Part shown: positions 57,160-64,000 of the stretch, one piece after another
How positions within the stretch are numbered: the stretch's first letter is position 1
How the letters are laid out: every line of letters starts with the position of its first letter
Virus record (IMG/VR): IMGVR_UViG_3300032326_001134
Coordinates: 32,001 to 96,000 of that record
Reading direction: 5' to 3' (one strand)
DNA length: 64,000 nt
Source: a virus
Notes under the pieces: model-generated
Told to the model about the DNA's origin: nothing
The model's database searches: none
What the model saw: the letters and a program-made list of their open reading frames with translations, nothing else
Translations under genes and position numbers: made by a program

Positions 57160-57272
57160 TGTCCAGTAGGTTTATTGTATGTGATTTGTGTAGTAAAGAA
57201 ATAGAAGTACGTTGGGGAATATTTGCAAGCGATACGCTTCAAAGACATTTAAGGGCGGAGCATAAAGAATGA
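57159..57272 (+). CDS. 37-aa C2H2-type Zn-finger mini-protein (not in ORF track)
   Basis: GTG overlaps upstream TAG; MSSRFIVCDLCSKEIEVRWGIFASDTLQRHLRAEHKE; ATGA overlap with next gene. Confidence 0.65.
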   Translation: MSSRFIVCDLCSKEIEVRWGIFASDTLQRHLRAEHKE

Positions 57273-57475
57273 CAGAGACAAGAGTTAAAGTAGACTTATC
57301 ATTTACTCGAAATTTAGGAAACTATGAGAGTATTAAAATAGGGGTAGGCATTGAGGACGATGTACGACAGGGAGAAACTGTCGATACAGCAACTGAGCGT
57401 GTTTACAAATTTGTTGAAGACAAGCTTATCCAGAAAACACAAGAAATAGAAGAAGAGCTAAAGAGTGGCAAATAG
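57269..57475 (+). CDS. Hypothetical protein
   Basis: TRNLGNYESIKI motif; coupled to neighbours. Confidence 0.75.
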   Translation: MTETRVKVDLSFTRNLGNYESIKIGVGIEDDVRQGETVDTATERVYKFVEDKLIQKTQEIEEELKSGK

Positions 57476-57782
57476 TAAAGAGCCATATATTCTTTTAAGC
57501 ATGTATCAAAACATGTATCAGGAAAAATATGGCAAGATGCCCTTTCTAAATAAATACAGAGAAAAGTGGGCTATGCAAGATGTCATTGATAGTGTAGGAT
57601 ATGCTCGTGCAAAAGAATTATTGGAATACTATTTTACCACTGGAAAGCATGGTCATCCAATTCAATTCTTCTTTTTTAATTTTGATAAAATTGATATAAT
57701 GCAAATAGAAATTGCAAAAGATAAGAAAAACAGAAAGGCTTTACAAGAAGCCACAAAGAGATTAGTTGAGGGTGAAGAGTGA
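57465..57782 (+). CDS. Hypothetical replication-module protein
   Basis: 105 aa, GTGA-coupled to the helicase. Confidence 0.7.
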   Translation: MANSKEPYILLSMYQNMYQEKYGKMPFLNKYREKWAMQDVIDSVGYARAKELLEYYFTTGKHGHPIQFFFFNFDKIDIMQIEIAKDKKNRKALQEATKRLVEGEE

Positions 57783-59017
57783 ATACAGAAGCAACAGTAA
57801 TATCAGCAGTTTGCAAAAACAAAGACATAAGTACTTTGCTTGCAGACAATGTTGATGATTTATTTACTTCACATAAAGACGTGTGGGATGGATTAAAGTC
57901 TTACTACTATAAATTTAAAGCAGTTCCAGAGATTGGAATCCTGCAAGAAAAGTTTAAAGACTTCGACCCAGACACTAATGTTAAAGCCGAGACTGGCTAC
58001 TATTTAGATAAATTAAAAAATGAGTATCTGTCCTCTAGGCTAAAATCAATTATGTTACAAGGTGGCGCTGCCCTTAAAGAAGACGCAGCTTCCAGAGTTT
58101 TGTCAGATATGCAAAGTAAACTTGCTGGGCTTTCTAGATTTACTAATAACGTAAGAGACTTAGATGTAACAGACCTAGATGCAGCAGAGCGACACTTCAT
58201 GTCAGTAAAAGATAGATCAGCAGCAATGGGTGGAAGCCCTGGAATTAAAACTGGATTTCAAGCAATAGATACAGCGTACCCAACTGGAATGGCTCCAGGT
58301 CATTTAATTGTTGCAATTGGTTGGCCAGGAAAGGGTAAGACATGGTTTACTTCTTATCTTGCGTGTAAGGCTTGGGAGCAAGGCTTTAAGCCAATGATTA
58401 TCTCTCTAGAAATGTCACCAGAAAATATGCGTGATCGTATTTACACAATGCTAGGGTCAGGGCTATTTAAAGCAAGCGATTTATCTAAGGGAGATATTAA
58501 TATTGATGACTTTAAGTCATGGGGTCAAAAGAAATTTGAAGGAAAAAATAGTTTTGTTTTAGTTTCTAATGAAGGAGCTGGCGATGTTACACCTGCCACA
58601 ATTCAAGGTAAGATTGACCAGCATAAACCAGACTTGGTTATTTTAGACTACCACCAATTGTTTAATGACAATAAAAGAAGTAATTCAGAAGTAGAAAGAA
58701 ATAGAAACGTATCTCGTGAATTTAAGTTGTTGGCTGTAACAAATAATATCCCAGTTATTGACATTACAGCAGCAACCGCAGACGACATATCAGATCAAGA
58801 TAATCCACCAATGATGTCTCAAGTTGCTTGGTCGAAGGCAATTGAATACGATGCAGATATGGCACTTGCGGTACATAGACACCCAGGCACAAATTTAATT
58901 GAAATTGTTTCTAGAAAGAATAGGCATGGGCATGAATTTGCTTTCCATCTAGACTGGGACATTAATCGAGGCGTTATTAAAGAGTTATATGACTACGTAC
59001 CATCACAAGCAAATTAA
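57779..59017 (+). CDS. dnaB: DnaB-like replicative helicase
   Basis: Walker A GWPGKGKT, SLEM, ILDY, IEYDAD, KNRHG. Confidence 0.93.
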   Translation: MNTEATVISAVCKNKDISTLLADNVDDLFTSHKDVWDGLKSYYYKFKAVPEIGILQEKFKDFDPDTNVKAETGYYLDKLKNEYLSSRLKSIMLQGGAALKEDAASRVLSDMQSKLAGLSRFTNNVRDLDVTDLDAAERHFMSVKDRSAAMGGSPGIKTGFQAIDTAYPTGMAPGHLIVAIGWPGKGKTWFTSYLACKAWEQGFKPMIISLEMSPENMRDRIYTMLGSGLFKASDLSKGDINIDDFKSWGQKKFEGKNSFVLVSNEGAGDVTPATIQGKIDQHKPDLVILDYHQLFNDNKRSNSEVERNRNVSREFKLLAVTNNIPVIDITAATADDISDQDNPPMMSQVAWSKAIEYDADMALAVHRHPGTNLIEIVSRKNRHGHEFAFHLDWDINRGVIKELYDYVPSQAN

Positions 59018-59300
59018 AAGATTTCAAATTGATGTAGAGTTCAAAGATGACTCAGACATGATTAGAATTAAAAATCAATACGAAAACATGCTAACTCATC
59101 AAATGAGGGATAAAGGATATTCAAGGGTCCTTGACATAGACACCGCCTTTTCGGTAGAATTTACAGGACAAACGTGGAGGTTCTTAATGACACTTCATGG
59201 TGTATACACAGGAAGGAAGAAGGCATGGCACTCAGAGGGATTAACACAGGGCAAGCTAATACCACGCAGTATGCACCAAACCATATCAAATCAGTCGTAA
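58989..59300 (+). CDS. Hypothetical protein
   Basis: 103-aa ORF bridging helicase and primase. Confidence 0.65.
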   Translation: MTTYHHKQIKRFQIDVEFKDDSDMIRIKNQYENMLTHQMRDKGYSRVLDIDTAFSVEFTGQTWRFLMTLHGVYTGRKKAWHSEGLTQGKLIPRSMHQTISNQS

Positions 59301-60223
59301 AAGAAATAGGCTTAAGAGTAATAAGCGAGTCTAATAACAACTTAGTAATATATTGTCCATTTCATAATAACACCCATAGCCCAAGCTTCTATATAAGCGA
59401 AGAAAATGGAGCATGGCTTTGCTTTAACCCTTCATGTGGAGAAACTGGAAACATAGTTCAGTTGGTTAAGCGTATTGCAAATAAAAACGATTTTGAAGCC
59501 ATCAGGCTAATTACATCAAAAGAGTCCCAGGCTTTAGATAATTTTGATGAAACACTAAGTCAAATGTTCGAGGAGAAGCCAGACTTTATAGAATTTGATC
59601 AAAGTAAACTTGACGCTTTATTTTTAGAGTTAACATTAAATAAGCCTGCTAGAGATTATTTTGAATCTCGTGGAATCAATCAAGAGTCAATGACTCATTT
59701 TAAATTAGGTTATTCAGAGGCACAAGGCATGGTCATCGTTCCAGTTCATAGTCCAAATGGAACACCAGTAGGTTTAGTTGGTAGATCAATATCAGAAAAG
59801 AAATTTAAGAATAGTACAAACTTGCCAAAGAACAAAACTTTATTTAACATTCATAGAGCAAAAAGAATTGGTGATCAGGTCATCATCGTTGAATCTAGTT
59901 TTGATGCAATAAGAATACATCAGGCTGGATTCCCAAATGTTATTGCAACTTTAGGTGGACATATATCTACAGACAACTTAAATCTATTAAATAGACATTT
60001 TAATAAAGTAGTTATCATGACTGATGCAGACCAAGCTGGCAGAGAATTAGGAATATCAATTTCTAATAAATTAAAGAATAAAGACATCTTGTGGGCTTCG
60101 TGTTCTTATGGTAAGATATACCCTCATGATGCAAAAGATGCAGGAGATATGACTGAAGAAGAAATTAAGCTTTGTATTAACAATGCTGTTTCTGACATAG
60201 AATACAAATCCTGGAGCTTGTGA
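59225..60223 (+). CDS. dnaG: DNA primase (CHC2 Zn finger + TOPRIM)
   Basis: CPFH..SPSF..CF..SCG; VESSFD; DADQAG; KDAGD; start probably ATG 59225. Confidence 0.92.
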   Translation: MALRGINTGQANTTQYAPNHIKSVVKEIGLRVISESNNNLVIYCPFHNNTHSPSFYISEENGAWLCFNPSCGETGNIVQLVKRIANKNDFEAIRLITSKESQALDNFDETLSQMFEEKPDFIEFDQSKLDALFLELTLNKPARDYFESRGINQESMTHFKLGYSEAQGMVIVPVHSPNGTPVGLVGRSISEKKFKNSTNLPKNKTLFNIHRAKRIGDQVIIVESSFDAIRIHQAGFPNVIATLGGHISTDNLNLLNRHFNKVVIMTDADQAGRELGISISNKLKNKDILWASCSYGKIYPHDAKDAGDMTEEEIKLCINNAVSDIEYKSWSL

Positions 60224-60278
60224 TATAATAAAGTAACAGATGGATTTATACCATCAAATATAGAAAAGAGGAAATAAA

Positions 60279-60944
60279 ATGGGTCTAGTAAAAGGACTAA
60301 AAGATTTAAATAAGGTAATGGATAAACCGCAATCATCTGGCGGTGACGGAACAAAAGCTCGTTGGGTAAAACTAGATGACTCAGAAAGTGTAAAGATTAG
60401 ATTTCTTCAAGAACTGGATCCAGACTCACCACACTATAATGAAAAAAATAGTTTAGGATTCATTGCAGTAGAACACACAAACCCTAAAGATTACAAGCGA
60501 AAAGCATTGTGCACAATTGACGATCAAGGAAAATGCTGGGGTTGTGAACAACACAGAAAAGATTACAAGGCTGGATGGAAGGGACGTTCACGTCTATACA
60601 TCAATGTTCTTGTAGATGATGGCAAAGAAGAACCGTATGTTGCTATCTTGTCTCAGGGAAGTAGCGGAAAGACTATTACCCCAACACTAATTGAATATGC
60701 TGGCGAAATGGGTAGCATTTCAAACTTAGTGTGGCGCATTAAGCGTACAGGCACAAAAACAGATACAAGCTACACAGCAATTCCATTAGCAAAAGACGAA
60801 TCTCCTTTTGATTCCTCTAGCTTGGAACTGTACGAATTAGAAAAGGTTGCAGTTCGTGACTTACCCTACACAGAACAAGATGCCTTTTTTAATGGCGAAG
60901 GCGGAGAAGATCAGTCTTCAGGCTCAGGTAGCGTAGAGTGGTAA
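60279..60944 (+). CDS. Single-stranded DNA-binding protein
   Basis: KIRFL, Zn-like H/C ligands, IKRTG..TDTSY, acidic tail ending in W. Confidence 0.75.
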   Translation: MGLVKGLKDLNKVMDKPQSSGGDGTKARWVKLDDSESVKIRFLQELDPDSPHYNEKNSLGFIAVEHTNPKDYKRKALCTIDDQGKCWGCEQHRKDYKAGWKGRSRLYINVLVDDGKEEPYVAILSQGSSGKTITPTLIEYAGEMGSISNLVWRIKRTGTKTDTSYTAIPLAKDESPFDSSSLELYELEKVAVRDLPYTEQDAFFNGEGGEDQSSGSGSVEW

Positions 60945-60948
60945 AAAG

Positions 60949-60970
60949 GTGGGGCGGGAAACCGCCCCAC
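60949..60970 (+). terminator. GC-rich hairpin with GAAA loop between SSB and tRNA
   Basis: GTGGGGCGG-gaaa-CCGCCCCAC; no U-tract on plus strand. Confidence 0.55.
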
Positions 60971-60973
60971 TCT

Positions 60974-61046
60974 GCCAGGGTAGCCCAGCGGTAGAGGCGA
61001 TAGACTTAAAATTTATAAAGCGTGGGTTCGAATCCCACCCTTGGTA
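60974..61046 (+). tRNA. tRNA-Leu(TAA), short variable loop, no encoded CCA
   Basis: Acceptor GCCAGGG/CCTTGGT, anticodon arm ATAGA-CTTAAAA-TTTAT, T arm GTGGG-TTCGAAT-CCCAC, discriminator A. Confidence 0.85.
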
Positions 61047-61065
61047 CTAGAAAGAAAAGGCGGAA

Positions 61066-61272
61066 ATGATTAATCTAGAGATACCAGATCCATTTACAAC
61101 ATTTGTAGCTAATAAGTACTCTAATTACAAAGGAATGATTTATGACTTCTTTGCAAAAGAGTGGTATTTAAAAGCTGCATGTTGCGGAGAAGAATTATAT
61201 GCTCCAAATAAAAAGACTATGACAAAGATTAGACTTTATCATACAAGAAACGAATGCTTGGGAGGATACTAA
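61066..61272 (+). CDS. Hypothetical protein
   Basis: 68 aa with CC..H..C; TAATG overlap with dnaE. Confidence 0.7.
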   Translation: MINLEIPDPFTTFVANKYSNYKGMIYDFFAKEWYLKAACCGEELYAPNKKTMTKIRLYHTRNECLGGY

Positions 61273-64000
61273 TGAGCTTTGTACACTTACATGTTCATTC
61301 ATACTACTCCCTAATGGACGGACTAAATTCCCCAGAAGAATTATGTCAGGCAGCATTAGATGCTGGACAAACATCAATTGCTATTACAGACCATGGAACT
61401 TTATCTTCACATAGAGAAATGCAAATTGCTGCAAAGAAGCTTGGTATAAAGCCAATCCTTGGAGTAGAAGCATACATTTCTCCAACAGATAGATTCGACA
61501 GATCTTCAAAAACAGATAAATCTATTCAGGCTTATAACCACATAATATTGCTAGCAAAAAATAAAAAGGGATTAAAAAATATTAACACTCTCCAAGAGCT
61601 TGCTTGGAATGAAGGCTTCTATCATAAGCCAAGAATTGACAGGGAGATTTTAAATGATTACAGCGAAGGTATTATCGTTCTTAGCGGATGTCTTAATGGA
61701 CTCATTAGTAAGGCTATCGATAAAGGTAACATGGAGGAAGCAGAACTTCTTCTCAAAGGCTTTAAACAAACTTTCGGACAAGATTTTTACGTGGAAGTGC
61801 AATCACATAACCCTGTGGAGATCAACTCCGCCCTTCTAGATCTAGCAGATAAGCTTGGAATTAAATCGGTAGCAACAGGTGATGCTCACTTTGCTAAAGG
61901 TGAGGATAAAGTTTTAGAAGAAGCAATGTTAATTCTCTCTACATCTCCTAAATCTGATAAAGATGCGGACTTTGAAATGTCTAGGAATATGAATAACATG
62001 TTAGACAGATTTAATTATCTTTATCCTGAACGTAGAATTTCATTCCAGGACTATAATTTATTTATTCAATCACGTTCTGAAATTGAGGCGGACTTTAATA
62101 AGGCTGGAATTACCCGTACAGATATATATGAGAATACTATAGAAATAGCCAATAAAATTGGAGAATACGATTTTAACGTAGGTCTAGACCTACTTCCAGT
62201 ACCCAAGACGGATGCCGACGAAAAGTTGTCTCAAATGGCCCTAGAAGGCCTTAAAAGGCTATCCCTAGACCAAGACAAGGTCTATATTGATAGATTAGAA
62301 GAAGAGTTATCTATAATTAAAGATAAATCTTTTGCCTCATATTTCTTAGTGGTCGCAGACATGATTAATTGGGCTAAGGATAATAATATTATGGTGGGCC
62401 CTGGTCGAGGTTCTGCAGCTGGATCTTTAGTTTGTTATTCATTAGGCATTACAGATGTTGATCCAATAGAATATGACCTGCTGTTCTTCCGCTTTATCAA
62501 CCCAGAGCGTAACGACTTCCCAGATATTGACACAGACTTCGAGGATCGCCGTCGCAAAGAAGTTAAAGACTATCTTAAAAAGAAATTTAAGCACGTAGCA
62601 TCTATTTCAACATATACTTATTTTAAAGATAAAGGTGTAATTAGAGATGCTGCCCGTGTCTTTATGGTTCCATTACAGGATGTAAATCGTGCAATGAAGT
62701 CAATTGATACATTTGAAGACTTTATGGAATCTCCTAATACAAAAGAATTTAGAATGAAGTATCCTGAAGTTGTATGGCTTGCTGAAAGACTTCGTGGAAA
62801 AATTAGAAGCGTTGGAGTCCATGCTGCTGGAGTTGTAGTTGCAAAAGATGATTTAAGAAATTTTGCTCCAATTGAGTCTCGTGAAGATGCACAAGATAAA
62901 GTTTCTGGCAGGATACCAGTAGTCGCATACGATATGGATACGGTAGCAGATATTGGATTAATTAAACTAGATGCACTTGGTCTAAAGACATTATCTGTAA
63001 TCTCAGACACATTGAAAGCAATTAAAGAGAGACACAATAAAGAGATTGTGTTATCTGATTTGCCATTTGACGACCTAGATGTTTATAAAACATTAAGCGA
63101 AGGATACACCAAGGGAGTCTTTCAGGCTGAAGCTACACCATATACAAACTTATTAATTAAAATGGGTGTCGATAAGTTTGAAGATCTCGCTGCATCAAAT
63201 GCTTTGGTTAGACCAGGAGCAATGAATACGGTTGGTGCTTCCTACATTAATAGAAAGCACGGACGAGAAGCTGTTAGCTATGTTCATGAAATCATGAAGC
63301 CATTTACAGAAAATACATATGGGGTTATCATATATCAAGAACAGGTTATGCAAGCCTGTGTGCACCTAGGAGGAATGTCCTGGTCAGAAGCTGACAAGGT
63401 ACGTAAGATTATTGGAAAGAAGAAAGATGCAAAAGAATTCGACCAGTTCAAGGATCAATTTATTGATGGAGCTTCAAAACACATTTCTAAGAAAAAGGCC
63501 GAATCGTTATGGCATGACTTCGAGGCTCATGCTGGCTATTCTTTTAACCGTAGCCATGCTGTTGCTTATTCCATGCTTAGTTATTATACGGCTTGGCTTA
63601 AGCACTATTACCCACTTGAATTCATTTTTTCTATTCTTAAAAATGAAAATGATAAAGATAAAAGAACAGAGTATTTGATTGAGGCTAAAAGATTAAATCT
63701 TAAAATTTTATTGCCACACATCAATGAATCAGAGTTGTATTTTTCTCTTAAAGAAAATGCAATTCAATTTGGCTTGGCTGAAGTTAAATTTATTTCTGAC
63801 AGCATAGCCAATAAAATAATAGAAAAGAGACCATATGAAACTTACTCAGAATTTATTCAAAAGGCGTCTGCCAAGGGTAGCGGTATTAACAGCAGGGCCA
63901 TTGCTGCTCTTAATAACATTGGTGGGGCTGCTTTTGAGGATAATAAGCGTAGTGGCAAAGAAAAAGAAAACTACTACGAATACCTAGGAATACCAACGTT
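61272..64000 (+). CDS. dnaE: DNA polymerase III alpha subunit (3'-truncated; absent from ORF track)
   Basis: MSFVHLHVHSYYSLMDG, AITDHG, GPGRGSAAGSLV, FPDIDTDF, HAAGVV, KLDALGL, YQEQVMQ, YSFNRSHA; start and window-end sequence are in the same frame. Confidence 0.96.
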   Translation, partial: MSFVHLHVHSYYSLMDGLNSPEELCQAALDAGQTSIAITDHGTLSSHREMQIAAKKLGIKPILGVEAYISPTDRFDRSSKTDKSIQAYNHIILLAKNKKGLKNINTLQELAWNEGFYHKPRIDREILNDYSEGIIVLSGCLNGLISKAIDKGNMEEAELLLKGFKQTFGQDFYVEVQSHNPVEINSALLDLADKLGIKSVATGDAHFAKGEDKVLEEAMLILSTSPKSDKDADFEMSRNMNNMLDRFNYLYPERRISFQDYNLFIQSRSEIEADFNKAGITRTDIYENTIEIANKIGEYDFNVGLDLLPVPKTDADEKLSQMALEGLKRLSLDQDKVYIDRLEEELSIIKDKSFASYFLVVADMINWAKDNNIMVGPGRGSAAGSLVCYSLGITDVDPIEYDLLFFRFINPERNDFPDIDTDFEDRRRKEVKDYLKKKFKHVASISTYTYFKDKGVIRDAARVFMVPLQDVNRAMKSIDTFEDFMESPNTKEFRMKYPEVVWLAERLRGKIRSVGVHAAGVVVAKDDLRNFAPIESREDAQDKVSGRIPVVAYDMDTVADIGLIKLDALGLKTLSVISDTLKAIKERHNKEIVLSDLPFDDLDVYKTLSEGYTKGVFQAEATPYTNLLIKMGVDKFEDLAASNALVRPGAMNTVGASYINRKHGREAVSYVHEIMKPFTENTYGVIIYQEQVMQACVHLGGMSWSEADKVRKIIGKKKDAKEFDQFKDQFIDGASKHISKKKAESLWHDFEAHAGYSFNRSHAVAYSMLSYYTAWLKHYYPLEFIFSILKNENDKDKRTEYLIEAKRLNLKILLPHINESELYFSLKENAIQFGLAEVKFISDSIANKIIEKRPYETYSEFIQKASAKGSGINSRAIAALNNIGGAAFEDNKRSGKEKENYYEYLGIPT

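Noticed and set aside
5241-60354. Numerous 60-180 aa antisense and alternate-frame ORFs in the track
   Set aside because: They lie within well-supported genes, lack RBS or motifs, and are expected from codon bias
61654-63678. Track ORFs 61654..61839, 62618..63037 and 63412..63678
   Set aside because: Out-of-frame or antisense shadows within dnaE, which the track omitted because it has no stop in the window
1-64000. Prophage boundary, integrase or host DNA
   Set aside because: No integrase, att site or host housekeeping genes seen; the metabolic-looking genes are coupled to phage genes

Overview
AT-rich tailed dsDNA phage segment (siphovirus-type), with gene order resembling large actinobacteriophages. 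An actinobacterial host is inferred from leaderless sigma-A-type promoters and gene content; it is not proven. From left to right: the end of an HNH gene; a promoter-bounded candidate small RNA; a leftward accessory operon (lytic transglycosylase, small ORFs, sulfotransferase-like gene, complete cytochrome P450); a GT4 glycosyltransferase; class II ribonucleotide reductase; a holin; and a set of fibre genes. Then comes the standout region (about 13.2-25.5 kb): two fibre-plus-adhesin gene pairs whose adhesins (PASTA or Fn3) carry (F-G/S-F-T-P)n pentapeptide repeats fused directly to a Hint autoprocessing domain. These are followed by a tightly coupled cluster of ten genes for putative modifying enzymes (GNAT-like, 2OG-Fe(II) oxygenases including two prolyl-4-hydroxylase-like, DUF6065-like paralogs, a Gnt1-like glycosyltransferase, an SDR). 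The head-tail module follows: portal, protease with nested scaffold, major capsid, connectors, major tail, -1 frameshift tail chaperone, 2095-aa tape measure and minor tail proteins. After it lie a second, intact Gnt1-like GlcNAc transferase and the replication module (phosphoesterase, DnaB, primase, SSB, tRNA-Leu(TAA), and DnaE running off the window). All product calls come from motifs read by eye, without database searches.
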